DNA of 64,000 nucleotides from Candidatus Microgenomates bacterium (GTDB taxonomy: Bacteria > Patescibacteriota > Microgenomatia > UBA8517), in assembly GCA_049523135.1 (NCBI GenBank), contig JBEKNE010000001.1, forward strand, positions 146,095-210,094, read 5' to 3'. Shown piece by piece: positions 15,868 through 24,738 of this stretch. The translations under genes and the position numbers were made by a program. Below the pieces are notes generated by a model. The model was not told where the DNA came from. It saw only the letters and a list, made by a program, of their open reading frames with translations, and searched no databases. The first letter of the stretch is position 1, and the number at the start of each line of letters is the position of its first letter.

Positions 15868-17009
15868 AAGCCAACCCAGCCGAATTTATTAATAAAAATC
15901 ACTCCCCAAGCATTTACCAAAACTCCAATGAAAAGAAAGAGCCAGTGATACCATCTAATGTCTGTTTTTGCCACACCCTTTATTGTTAAAAAAGTGAGTA
16001 TCGGATAAAAATCGACGGCAAACCGGTAACCAAACTGTGCAAAACCGGTCGAGCCATGACTAAAAATCAGAAGTGATATCAGGAGTATTGATATCCAGGA
16101 AAACTGCGTAATTCTCTCTTTAATATCAGCCCAAAGAGCATAAATAAAAGCCGGAGTGGTAGCCCAGATGGCAAGTCCTGCCCATGAGGGAGTTACAAAT
16201 GGAAATTTGTTTGAAAATCTGGGTAGAGCAGTAAAAATAACTTTTAGATTTCGTGGAATGTAGACAGGGTTGAAGAGACCTTTACTGAACCATGGTTCTT
16301 GAAGTACCCCGGGAATTAGAAAATAACCCTTATCAATTATTGTTCCGAAGCGGGAAAAATTGTAATAGAAATCGAAAAATGCAAAAGGGGAAATTCCCAA
16401 GGCAAGGAGGAAATATTTTTTAAACCAGTTTTTTCCTGAGAATAAATATAAGAAAAGCGGTAGGGAAAGAATAATCTGGAGACGGGATAAATAAGCGGCC
16501 CCCAAAAACAGCCCCACCAGAAACGGATTTTTCCTGTCGATGCCCTTCCAGATAGCAAGAGTCAGAAAAAATGTGGCCGAAACCTGCCCCAAGTACCACG
16601 AAGATCCGGTTGCGGAAAGAAACCAAGTAATGGTTCCCAGGGATGATAAAATCCCCACCCAAATCAAAAGTCTTTTGTTTTTTTTTATCTTCCATGAAAT
16701 AAGCATTGTAAAGGCCACGATTCCCGCTCCCAGAATTTGTGATAAATATTCCTGGAAAAAGATTTTGCCGAAAATAAATCTGAATGGTAGTGCTAAAATA
16801 GCCGGCATGGGAGGATAGGCAACGTAATATTTTCCAGAACCACCCGGTATTAATTCCGAAAGCCATGGGGGATTTTCAGTGACGTAATTTTTTCCTGCAA
16901 GAAAAGCATCCGAAAGTCTAGTAAAATAGTCGTAGGGAGTGTGCCCGGCGGAAGTGAAAAAATAAATTATGACCGAGAAAGCAAAAAACAAGATTACCAG
17001 TTTCTTCAT
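15864..17009 (-). CDS. Polytopic membrane protein, GT-C-like glycosyltransferase
   Basis: Many TM helices; YYVAYPPMPA, QFGYRFAVD. Start set at MKKLV (17009) because TACAAT lies 7 nt upstream. Confidence 0.65.
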   Translation of the reverse strand: MKKLVILFFAFSVIIYFFTSAGHTPYDYFTRLSDAFLAGKNYVTENPPWLSELIPGGSGKYYVAYPPMPAILALPFRFIFGKIFFQEYLSQILGAGIVAFTMLISWKIKKNKRLLIWVGILSSLGTITWFLSATGSSWYLGQVSATFFLTLAIWKGIDRKNPFLVGLFLGAAYLSRLQIILSLPLFLYLFSGKNWFKKYFLLALGISPFAFFDFYYNFSRFGTIIDKGYFLIPGVLQEPWFSKGLFNPVYIPRNLKVIFTALPRFSNKFPFVTPSWAGLAIWATTPAFIYALWADIKERITQFSWISILLISLLIFSHGSTGFAQFGYRFAVDFYPILTFLTIKGVAKTDIRWYHWLFLFIGVLVNAWGVIFINKFGWVGF

Positions 17010-19407
17010 ACCTAATATTGTATATGTTTTAGCTTTTGGTCTCATTATAAGAATTCTTCTTTCTTTTTTCGGAACGCTACCTCTTGATCAGGGAACTTTT
17101 ATTGGTTGGAGTTTGGAACTGGTTAAAAGCGGCTTTAAGAATTTTTATAACGGTTGGAGTGATTACCTGCCCGGGTATCTTTATTTTTTGTGGGTTTTGG
17201 GAAAAATTAACCTTTCAGGGCTTCTTCCGACAGTATTTCTTTATAAAGTCCCTGCAATTATTTCCGATCTTCTTACGGGATATTTGATTTATAAAATATT
17301 AAGAAAATCCAAAGGGGAAAAATGGGGACTAATTGGAGCGGTAATTTATATTTTTAATCCTGCCATCTTAGCCAATTCGGCTTTGTGGGGGCAAATTGAT
17401 TCGCTGACGGCCCTTGCGTCTGTAGCAGCAATTTACTTTTTGGATAATTATTATTTGTTTTCCGCATTGATTTTGTCCGTAGGGACACTTATAAAACCTC
17501 AGGCGGCTTTTATTTTCCCCGTCATATTATTCCTGTTTATTAAGCAGAAAAGAAAACTTTCCGAATTTCTTTCTTACTGTCTAACGGGATTGGCCGTTTT
17601 TTTCTTGAGTTTTGTTCCATTTTCCAACGGAAATTTATTCCAATTTGTTTTTAACCGTTTAGGTTTTTCGGCAAATGAATATCCGTATCTTTCGGTAAAT
17701 GCTTTTAATTTCTGGGGAGTATTCGGGTTTTGGAAACCCGATGCAACTTATTTTCAGATAGGCGGCTACTTAATTACTTTAATTGTTTTTATCCTGTTGA
17801 GTTTAAAATTGTTCAAAGAGAAAAAAGTATCAGGTTACTTACTTTCGGCATTTATCTTTGCGGCAAGTTTTGTCTTCTTTACAAGAATGCATGAAAGGCA
17901 TCTCTTACCGGTATTTGCACCTCTTGCTATTGTTGCCGTTGAAAACCCTATCCTTCTTATCCCTTATATTGGTTTTTCGTTAACTTATGTGGCCAATCTT
18001 TATTATTCCTACATTTGGATTACGGACAGTTTTAAACAGGTTTTTCCGGATATCATTACCAAGTTTCTATCGTTAGTTAATGTTTCCCTAGTAGGTTTTA
18101 TGTTTTATGCAATTGCCAAACATTTGAACATAAGTTGGAAGAAAGTATCGGATTATATAAATCATTTTTTTGCCGATGGAAAGAAAACGGTCGCCTATAA
18201 ATTTACAAAGATTGATATTCCTTCCGGAAGGGCAAAATGGATTCTCGGACTTATCTTGGCTTTTGCTTTTATATCCCGGGTTTTTGATTTAAATCAGCCG
18301 GCAACGATGTATTTTGACGAGGTTTATCATGCCTTTACTGCACAAGTGATAATGAGTCCGGATGCGGCTAAAGCTTGGGAATGGTGGAACACACCGCCCG
18401 CAGGCTTCGCATACGAGTGGACTCACCCGCCGCTGGCTAAACTGGGAATGGTACTGGGAATGGCTATATTTGGGAAAAATTCTTTTGGTTGGAGAATTCC
18501 CGGGGCACTTTTGGGAGTCGGATCGGTACTAATGGTTTACCTTATTGCCAAAGAAATTTTTGATGACGAAGTAGTCGGACTTTTGTCGGCAGGAGTTTTC
18601 AGTTTGGATGGCTTGGCGCTTGTTATGAGCAGAATCGGAATGAATGACAGCTATATTCTTTTCTTTGTGCTTTTGGCAATTTATTTGTTTATGAGAAAAC
18701 ATGATTTTTCTTCATCAGTTGCTCTCGGGCTTGCTCTTGCTTCCAAGTGGTCGGCTGTCTGGGCAATTCCAATTCTTGGAGTCTTGTGGCTTAGGAGAAA
18801 AAAGAAATTTACAAAAGCAATTTTGTGGTTTTTGGTTATTCCGTTTGCAATCTATCTTCTTTCTTATGCAGATATGTTTTTAACGGGGCATAATCTTACT
18901 ATCTGGTGGGGAATGCAGGAACAAATGTGGTGGTATCACACGGGGCTCCGAGCAACTCACCCTTATAGTTCCGACTGGTGGACATGGTCATTTTTAATCC
19001 GTCCAATTTATCTCTACACAAGTGATGAAGTAGGCGGGTTGGTAGCCAGAATTTATGCGATGGGAAATCCGGTTGTCTTTTGGTTTGGTCTGGTCTCTGT
19101 GATGTCTTGTGCAATCTATTCATATCTGGAGAAAAATAGGAATTTAGGGCTCGTTGTTTTTAGTTATCTAATTATGTTTGTTCCCTGGGCCGTTTCCCCG
19201 AGAATAATGTTTTTGTATCACTATCTTCCGGCAATTCCGTTTTTGGCGATTGCAACGGGATATGTTCTCCGTCGCAATTCCAAATTAATATTGGGTTATT
19301 TTCTTATTGGGCTTTTGGTATTTATTTACTTTTACCCTCACTGGGTAGGACTGACAATTCCTCTTTGGTTAGACAAAAGCTATTACTGGTTTGCAAGTTG
19401 GAGATAA
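16969..19407 (+). CDS. Tandem GT-C fusion: mannosyltransferase-like domain + protein O-mannosyltransferase (PMT/GT39) domain
   Basis: N-half: DYLPGY, NPA..NSALWGQID, KPQ, RMHERH. C-half: YFDEVYH, HPPLAK, GWRIP, HPYSS.WWTW, GNP, FLYHYLP. Confidence 0.85.
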   Translation: MTEKAKNKITSFFIPNIVYVLAFGLIIRILLSFFGTLPLDQGTFIGWSLELVKSGFKNFYNGWSDYLPGYLYFLWVLGKINLSGLLPTVFLYKVPAIISDLLTGYLIYKILRKSKGEKWGLIGAVIYIFNPAILANSALWGQIDSLTALASVAAIYFLDNYYLFSALILSVGTLIKPQAAFIFPVILFLFIKQKRKLSEFLSYCLTGLAVFFLSFVPFSNGNLFQFVFNRLGFSANEYPYLSVNAFNFWGVFGFWKPDATYFQIGGYLITLIVFILLSLKLFKEKKVSGYLLSAFIFAASFVFFTRMHERHLLPVFAPLAIVAVENPILLIPYIGFSLTYVANLYYSYIWITDSFKQVFPDIITKFLSLVNVSLVGFMFYAIAKHLNISWKKVSDYINHFFADGKKTVAYKFTKIDIPSGRAKWILGLILAFAFISRVFDLNQPATMYFDEVYHAFTAQVIMSPDAAKAWEWWNTPPAGFAYEWTHPPLAKLGMVLGMAIFGKNSFGWRIPGALLGVGSVLMVYLIAKEIFDDEVVGLLSAGVFSLDGLALVMSRIGMNDSYILFFVLLAIYLFMRKHDFSSSVALGLALASKWSAVWAIPILGVLWLRRKKKFTKAILWFLVIPFAIYLLSYADMFLTGHNLTIWWGMQEQMWWYHTGLRATHPYSSDWWTWSFLIRPIYLYTSDEVGGLVARIYAMGNPVVFWFGLVSVMSCAIYSYLEKNRNLGLVVFSYLIMFVPWAVSPRIMFLYHYLPAIPFLAIATGYVLRRNSKLILGYFLIGLLVFIYFYPHWVGLTIPLWLDKSYYWFASWR

Positions 19408-19410
19408 TTT

Positions 19411-19698
19411 TTAAGCCGGTGCAAGATAAAAACCACCTTTTGAAAGAAAATAAATAAGAACTCCTAAAAGAATGATTGTTATTAAGAAATACAGAACGGA
19501 CCAACTTCCCGATTGTGGAAAAAATTGACCAAAAGGGTAATAGGCAAAAACCTTGACTTTTAGTTTCTTTAAAGATAGGGTTGTTACCCAAAAACCAAAA
19601 CAGAAAATTAAAATTGCAGCGAGTGCAGCAACGATTCCCCGAATATTTGTTTTAACAAAATTTAAAGTTGGGCTTAGAAGAAGATTCAAAATACTCAC
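19411..19698 (-). CDS. Small two-TM hypothetical protein
   Basis: Two hydrophobic segments; tightly packed at the end of the minus-strand operon. Confidence 0.6.
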   Translation of the reverse strand: MSILNLLLSPTLNFVKTNIRGIVAALAAILIFCFGFWVTTLSLKKLKVKVFAYYPFGQFFPQSGSWSVLYFLITIILLGVLIYFLSKGGFYLAPA

Positions 19699-19704
19699 GT
19701 TTTT

Positions 19705-20286
19705 TTATAGTGCCAATAAGATTGAGCCAAAGATGATTAGAATTCCGGTTCCTGCTCCGACAAGGGTCGGCCAGTTTGTTCCGGAACTTGGCAGTGAAGG
19801 TGAGGTTGGGGTAGGAGTTGGGGACGATGTTCCAGAGCATGTACAGTTTGTAACACTTGGACAGCTTGGACTTCGGCAATATCCATTATAACAGTAGAGA
19901 CTTGAATTACAATCGGTATTACTTCCGCAAGTTCCTCCGCAGGAATTTGGCGAGCCGGTTGGGGTAGTTGTGGCGGTTGCAGTAGCCGTTGCGGTTGCAG
20001 TAGCCGTTGCGGTTGCAGTAGCAGTTGTAGTAGCTGTTGCTGTTGCGGTTGCTGTGGCTGTTGATGTTGAGATAGTGAAACTTAGATTGCAGTTACTAGT
20101 AGGAGCTACTGTGGCCGTAGGAGCTACTGTGGCCGCTTGTGGAATACTGCTCGGAACGTTTGGAGCCACCGCCTCCTGTCTTAAATTATAAAGCCGGACT
20201 GCTGTAAAAATTGCAATTCCTGCCAAAACTACTGTTGCTAAAATTATTAAAACCGTAGCTATTTTTCCTTTAAATAAATTTTTCAT
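19705..20286 (-). CDS. Thr/Ala-rich, Cys-rich surface protein with sortase-like sorting signal
   Basis: N-terminal TM, (AT)n stalk, Cys-rich module CGGTCGSNTDC..YC..YC..SC..NCTC, then LPSSG and a hydrophobic C-terminus. Confidence 0.8.
   Translation of the reverse strand: MKNLFKGKIATVLIILATVVLAGIAIFTAVRLYNLRQEAVAPNVPSSIPQAATVAPTATVAPTSNCNLSFTISTSTATATATATATTTATATATATATATATATATTTPTGSPNSCGGTCGSNTDCNSSLYCYNGYCRSPSCPSVTNCTCSGTSSPTPTPTSPSLPSSGTNWPTLVGAGTGILIIFGSILLAL
19973..20134. repeat. In-frame 18-bp tandem repeats
   Basis: gcggttgcagtagc(c/a)gtt x3 at 19973-20026, degenerate copies to about 20060, and gtaggagctactgtggcc x2 at 20099-20134 (ATVAPT x2). Confidence 0.9.
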
Positions 20287-20287
20287 A

Positions 20288-21439
20288 TTAGTTTGATATT
20301 ACTGCACTAACATTAAATGTACTGACACCAGCCGGAATTATGTAGGGCGTACTACAAAGACAACTTCCCCGCGCGGTCATACAAGCTGCACCTGTGGTTA
20401 TTGTTACAGGTGTTTGAGCAACCCCATTTATGGTAAATGTTGCTTTATTGAGACTTGGGAAGGCACAGAAAGTTACACTGTCTCCTGCTTGCAGACTACT
20501 AAGGCCATCAGTAGTCATTGCAGTTGTGCTGGTGCCTTTGAAAGCCTTAATGTCTGTACAAGAAGGAGCAGTAGACGGTGAAGGACTGGTGGATGGCTTG
20601 GGTGTTGGAGAAGAACAGTTATGATCCTCAACACTTATGAAACATGAGGTGTCTGACCCCAAGTCTATTTGTTGAGTACCGCAGAAATTATCATCAAAAC
20701 AGACACTTGTGACATTTTTTATCTGTTCATTGGATTGGCACCCACCGCTCATATTAAATTGATTAGGACATGTATACTTACCGAAAGTTTTTGCAGTAGT
20801 CGAAGTTAGGCACCTTGAACCCTTAGTCACGTCAGGGTCAGAACATTGTCCTTTATTGGCACCAGGACCCCCATTAGAAGTTGGACACGATTTTGTATCA
20901 ACCGTAGTACATTGCCAGTCATGTACACAATCGATTGCATTAGGAGAAAGATCAATGCAGGTGCAATTATATCCGGTGTTATTTCCTTTTTTATCTTCTT
21001 GGCATTTTGTTGAACCTAGCGTACATTGTTGCCCCCAACAATCAGGGCCACCGACACCGCTGGTGGTGGCAGCTTTCTGTTGGAAAAGCTGCTGCTGGCT
21101 GGTTAGAACTACCCCCACTCCAACACCTCCAACCAAAAGAATTATTCCCAAAATAGTTGCAATTATTTTCCCTCCGCCGAATTTTTTCTTTGGAGTCGGA
21201 ATTACGGATGAGATATCGGGAGGAGGTGGGGCTGCGGAACCGGTTTGTTCTTCTGAAGGTGTTGCGGGAGTAGCACTACTTTCCTCGGGAATATTTTGAA
21301 AATCAGGAGGAAGGGGTGGTAAATCCGCTTGCGGGGAAATTACAGGAGGAACTGTAGATGGTTCCTGGACAGGAATAGCGCCGGGTTGAGCTACCGGATT
21401 TTGATTATTTTGATTTTGGGTAGGGTCTTGATTGGGCAT
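20288..21439 (-). CDS. Membrane-anchored Cys-rich surface protein with Pro-rich N-terminus
   Basis: Pro/Gln-rich N-terminus, single TM, many Cys in the outer region, PT/PS linker. Confidence 0.8.
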   Translation of the reverse strand: MPNQDPTQNQNNQNPVAQPGAIPVQEPSTVPPVISPQADLPPLPPDFQNIPEESSATPATPSEEQTGSAAPPPPDISSVIPTPKKKFGGGKIIATILGIILLVGGVGVGVVLTSQQQLFQQKAATTSGVGGPDCWGQQCTLGSTKCQEDKKGNNTGYNCTCIDLSPNAIDCVHDWQCTTVDTKSCPTSNGGPGANKGQCSDPDVTKGSRCLTSTTAKTFGKYTCPNQFNMSGGCQSNEQIKNVTSVCFDDNFCGTQQIDLGSDTSCFISVEDHNCSSPTPKPSTSPSPSTAPSCTDIKAFKGTSTTAMTTDGLSSLQAGDSVTFCAFPSLNKATFTINGVAQTPVTITTGAACMTARGSCLCSTPYIIPAGVSTFNVSAVISN

Positions 21440-21446
21440 CTTTTAA

Positions 21447-22820
21447 TTAACTTTCAGACATTTTCCAAACTGCAAAACTGAAAGATAGAACTACTACTCC
21501 CATCATAAATAGCAGAAGCGTAGGAGTCAAGTCTCCAGTTACTGGAACGGCGGCGGTGGAAGCTGTTGATTCCGGAGTCGGACTAAATGTTGCTGCAGGA
21601 GTTGGTGTTGCCGTAACTATCGGAGCCAATGTCGGTAACGGTGTTAAAGTTGGAGTTGCAGTTGGTGTTGGAGAACTTCCTGAACCGGATGCTGTAAATG
21701 CGGGAACTTCACCTGCCTGAACAACAAAATCGCGGGTTAAACTTCTTGTTATTCCTGTGGCATCAACCCAAGTAATTATAATTGAGTGTGTTCCCGCCGC
21801 AAGATCGGTTGACGGGGACCAACTCCACGAGCCGTTTGAAGGAATTGTAACAGACCCCGAAACTGCCTGTTCCGAATGAACAGTTATTGTAATTTTTTCT
21901 CCGCCTGGTCCTTTTCCGAAAAATTGCGGCTGGGTACTAGTTACCGTTTCACCTTCGTTAAGACTTTCCAAAATAACACTTTTGGCACTTGTTGAAGCTA
22001 TCGCCGAACCGGTTGAAATATCAAATTTTGATTCACTGGTGGCTGTTTCAGGCAAATTCAGGTTGGCATTTGGATTTTGACTGTCATTTGTGGGTTGCAG
22101 GTTCCGGTAGTCTTGGTCTTGCCCCATTACAAGAGTCGGAATAGGATTTGCTGATTGTGGGTAAATTTTTGCCGTAGCGATTTCCCCACCGGCTCCTTCT
22201 ACTGAGACCTCCAAAAGGGTTTGAGTCGGATCAATTGTTGTGTAGGATGAAAGGTCGGATGTACGCGTTTGGTTTAGCTGTAGAACAAAACTTCCAGTGT
22301 CGGAGGTTAAAGTTGAAAGCAGATACCCGTTTATGGTTATGTAAACAATTGTTCTTGCCGAAGGTTGTCCAGTTGCCGTAATTACGGATCCCGAGACGAG
22401 TGTTGAACTTCCGTTTCCTGTTAAAGACGGGCCGGTTGTGAATTGCCAGGGAACTCCATTGTTGTCAAAATCCGTGCCTTCGGAATCTATTTTGTAATAG
22501 TAAGCCGTCCCTGCTTTTAGTCCGGTTATTGTAATGCTGTGAGTGAAGAATTTTTGATCATTGTCTGTTTCATTGGCAACTGTGCCGACATTTTGAGTTT
22601 CCCCGTAGGAAATAAAATCCGCAGTTTGGTCGTCCGTAATCCAGGAGACTGTCACAGAAGAGTCAGACAAATTACTGACTCTTACATCTTTGGGTACGGC
22701 GGTTGCACTGGCGCCAATTCTAAAAACCTGATTCGTTCTCAGAAGAAAGACCCCTGCAAACACTCCTATTAAAAGTATTACTATTCCTAAAATTGTCGGT
22801 ATATTTTTTTCTTTAATCAT
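21447..22820 (-). CDS. FN3/Ig-like surface protein with sortase-like sorting signal
   Basis: VRVSNLSDSSVTVSW..HSITITGLKAGTAYYYKI (FN3), Ig-like GSWSWSP..LAAGTHSI, PT-rich stalk, VPVTG followed by a TM. Confidence 0.85.
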   Translation of the reverse strand: MIKEKNIPTILGIVILLIGVFAGVFLLRTNQVFRIGASATAVPKDVRVSNLSDSSVTVSWITDDQTADFISYGETQNVGTVANETDNDQKFFTHSITITGLKAGTAYYYKIDSEGTDFDNNGVPWQFTTGPSLTGNGSSTLVSGSVITATGQPSARTIVYITINGYLLSTLTSDTGSFVLQLNQTRTSDLSSYTTIDPTQTLLEVSVEGAGGEIATAKIYPQSANPIPTLVMGQDQDYRNLQPTNDSQNPNANLNLPETATSESKFDISTGSAIASTSAKSVILESLNEGETVTSTQPQFFGKGPGGEKITITVHSEQAVSGSVTIPSNGSWSWSPSTDLAAGTHSIIITWVDATGITRSLTRDFVVQAGEVPAFTASGSGSSPTPTATPTLTPLPTLAPIVTATPTPAATFSPTPESTASTAAVPVTGDLTPTLLLFMMGVVVLSFSFAVWKMSES

Positions 22821-22840
22821 TTTTATTTTTTAAATTGTGT

Positions 22841-23167
22841 TTATGGTGTTGCTGTTGGTACTGCGCTTTCGGTTGCAATGGGTGTTTCCGTGGCAACCGG
22901 AGCCGAGGTTATTTCCGGAGCGGTTGTCGGGATGGGTGCGATTGTAATTTCCGGAATCTGAGAATCGGTGAAAAATATTGATGATTCGATTTTATTTATG
23001 GCATCCTTATCAAGCGTCGGTGTAAGAGGTTGGGAAATATCCTGCGGAACGCTTGGAACCGGTTCAATTGTTATTGCACGGTAAATACTAAAAATAATCC
23101 AGACAACAGTGGTTAAAAGCGTCAGAATTAAAATTGTAATAGGGTTTGGCAATTTGTTCTTTTCCAT
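22841..23167 (-). CDS. Single-TM Pro/Thr-rich protein following pilO
   Basis: TM and PT-rich tail; operon position. Confidence 0.7.
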   Translation of the reverse strand: MEKNKLPNPITILILTLLTTVVWIIFSIYRAITIEPVPSVPQDISQPLTPTLDKDAINKIESSIFFTDSQIPEITIAPIPTTAPEITSAPVATETPIATESAVPTATP

Positions 23168-23169
23168 AA

Positions 23170-23829
23170 TTAATTACTTCCCAAAAATGGGATCCTTCCT
23201 GAAATTACTGCAACTATAACCCTTCCTTTATCGGTTAGGGAAGAGCTAATTGACAGACTGTCGATTTTTGTTGCAATTCTTAAATTTTCGAAATCTTGTA
23301 TAAAGTTCATTAAGCTTGCATAGTCGCCCCTAACACTTATTGAAAAGGGCATTTCGTTTGCATTTCCTGGAAGAGGTGTAAGACCGGATGAGGATTTGAT
23401 GGTTGCAGAAGCACTGCCGGTTAAGCTTACCTGATTTACCGCAACCCCAAGTACATCAACTGAATCTTTTGCCGCAAGTCCCTCAACTTGCTTTGATAAT
23501 ATATCGGGATTTGGAATTGACGGAACAGCTGAACTTATATCCGGAAGAAGATTTTGATTTTGATCAATGAGGGAACTTACCTGCTGCAGATCGTTAACCT
23601 TTTGAGTTAATGTGGAAAGTGTTTGTTTTCCTTCGTCAATTTGCTGGATAAGGCTGATAATTGTTAAAGCTGTTGGTTTTAAAGCGAAAAGTAAAAATAC
23701 AATTACGGTGGTTATGGAAAGGACAATTTCCAAAAACGCCCTAAGATCCGCCTTTTGTTTATAAAGAGCGGAAATATTCAGAAAAAATTCTCTGTATCTA
23801 TAGTATTGTGATCTCCATCCTGTTGCCAT
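23170..23829 (-). CDS. pilO: Type IV pilus assembly protein PilO-like
   Basis: TM, coiled coil, AVP..P, FSISVRGDYASLMNFIQDFENLR..KIDSLSI. Confidence 0.82.
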   Translation of the reverse strand: MATGWRSQYYRYREFFLNISALYKQKADLRAFLEIVLSITTVIVFLLFALKPTALTIISLIQQIDEGKQTLSTLTQKVNDLQQVSSLIDQNQNLLPDISSAVPSIPNPDILSKQVEGLAAKDSVDVLGVAVNQVSLTGSASATIKSSSGLTPLPGNANEMPFSISVRGDYASLMNFIQDFENLRIATKIDSLSISSSLTDKGRVIVAVISGRIPFLGSN

Positions 23830-23831
23830 AT

Positions 23832-24365
23832 TTAGTACGTAATGCTTATAGAAAAATCTGTTGCCACGGGATTGTTTTGAGATGAATTTACTTGTCCTAT
23901 TTCAACATCTTTGAAAGATTTATCTGCTTGCAAATTAGCCGTAAATTGGGCAATTCCCATATCGGAAAGGGATGTTCCTTTTATTTGGGCGGAAGTTTCC
24001 GAGATGGAAAGTCCGGACAGAGTTATATCCGGTGCAAGTTTTGAAGTTATGTCTTCAATTCTTTGCGAGGAATTATGGGTTTCGGACAATTGACTGAAAA
24101 TATTTAATTGCGACTGAACAGCCCTGAATTGTTTTTCCAAATCACTTTGGGCTGTAATTTGAGCACTTTTAACTTTAATTGAATCCGTAAGAGTTGAATT
24201 TTGAGCATCCAGCCAAAAACGTGATAGAAATGCTCCCATGACTACTATTTCAGTAATGATAACGATAATTCTGAAAGTTCCGGTTGCCCATTTTAAAATA
24301 CGGCCAACTGTAGAGGTTTCAAATTCTTGTTGAGGTAGCAGATTTATGTCTGTATTTTTGGGCAT
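23832..24365 (-). CDS. pilN: Type IV pilus assembly protein PilN-like
   Basis: N-terminal INLLP PilM-binding motif, TM, coiled coil, IKGT...IAQF..NL...SF..V. Confidence 0.85.
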   Translation of the reverse strand: MPKNTDINLLPQQEFETSTVGRILKWATGTFRIIVIITEIVVMGAFLSRFWLDAQNSTLTDSIKVKSAQITAQSDLEKQFRAVQSQLNIFSQLSETHNSSQRIEDITSKLAPDITLSGLSISETSAQIKGTSLSDMGIAQFTANLQADKSFKDVEIGQVNSSQNNPVATDFSISITY

Positions 24366-24421
24366 AGTAACAGTAACACTTCGGTTAAATCAATATAGCA
24401 TAAGTCGGAGCGTGAAAGAAG

Positions 24422-24709
24422 CTACTTCTTTTTTGAAGTTTTTGAAGCTTTTTTGGGAGTTTTCACTGAAAGTTTAGCCGACATCAACTTGGCAAGTTGT
24501 GACTTAATTCTGGCGGCTTTGTTTTTATGAATTACTTTCTTCTTTGCACTGCGGTCAGCCAAGGAAATTGCAGAAAGAATTTTCGCGCTGTTTTTAGATT
24601 TTTTTGCAGCTCTCACAGCCACCTCAAGTTTTTTTAAGATAAGCTTGTTTGTAGACTCTTTCTTTTTTGAACTCCTGAGAGCTCTTTTGGCTGTTGTTGT
24701 TACAGGCAT
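24422..24709 (-). CDS. rpsT: 30S ribosomal protein S20
   Basis: MPVTTTAKRALR, DRSAKKKVIHKNKAARIKS. Confidence 0.95.
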   Translation of the reverse strand: MPVTTTAKRALRSSKKKESTNKLILKKLEVAVRAAKKSKNSAKILSAISLADRSAKKKVIHKNKAARIKSQLAKLMSAKLSVKTPKKASKTSKKK

Positions 24710-24738
24710 ATGGTGAGTATAATCGAAGCAAAGCTAAA

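Noticed and set aside
19970-20191. (AV)n ORF, or a CRISPR-like array
   Set aside because: Antisense reading of the Thr/Ala stalk; repeats are tandem with no spacers.
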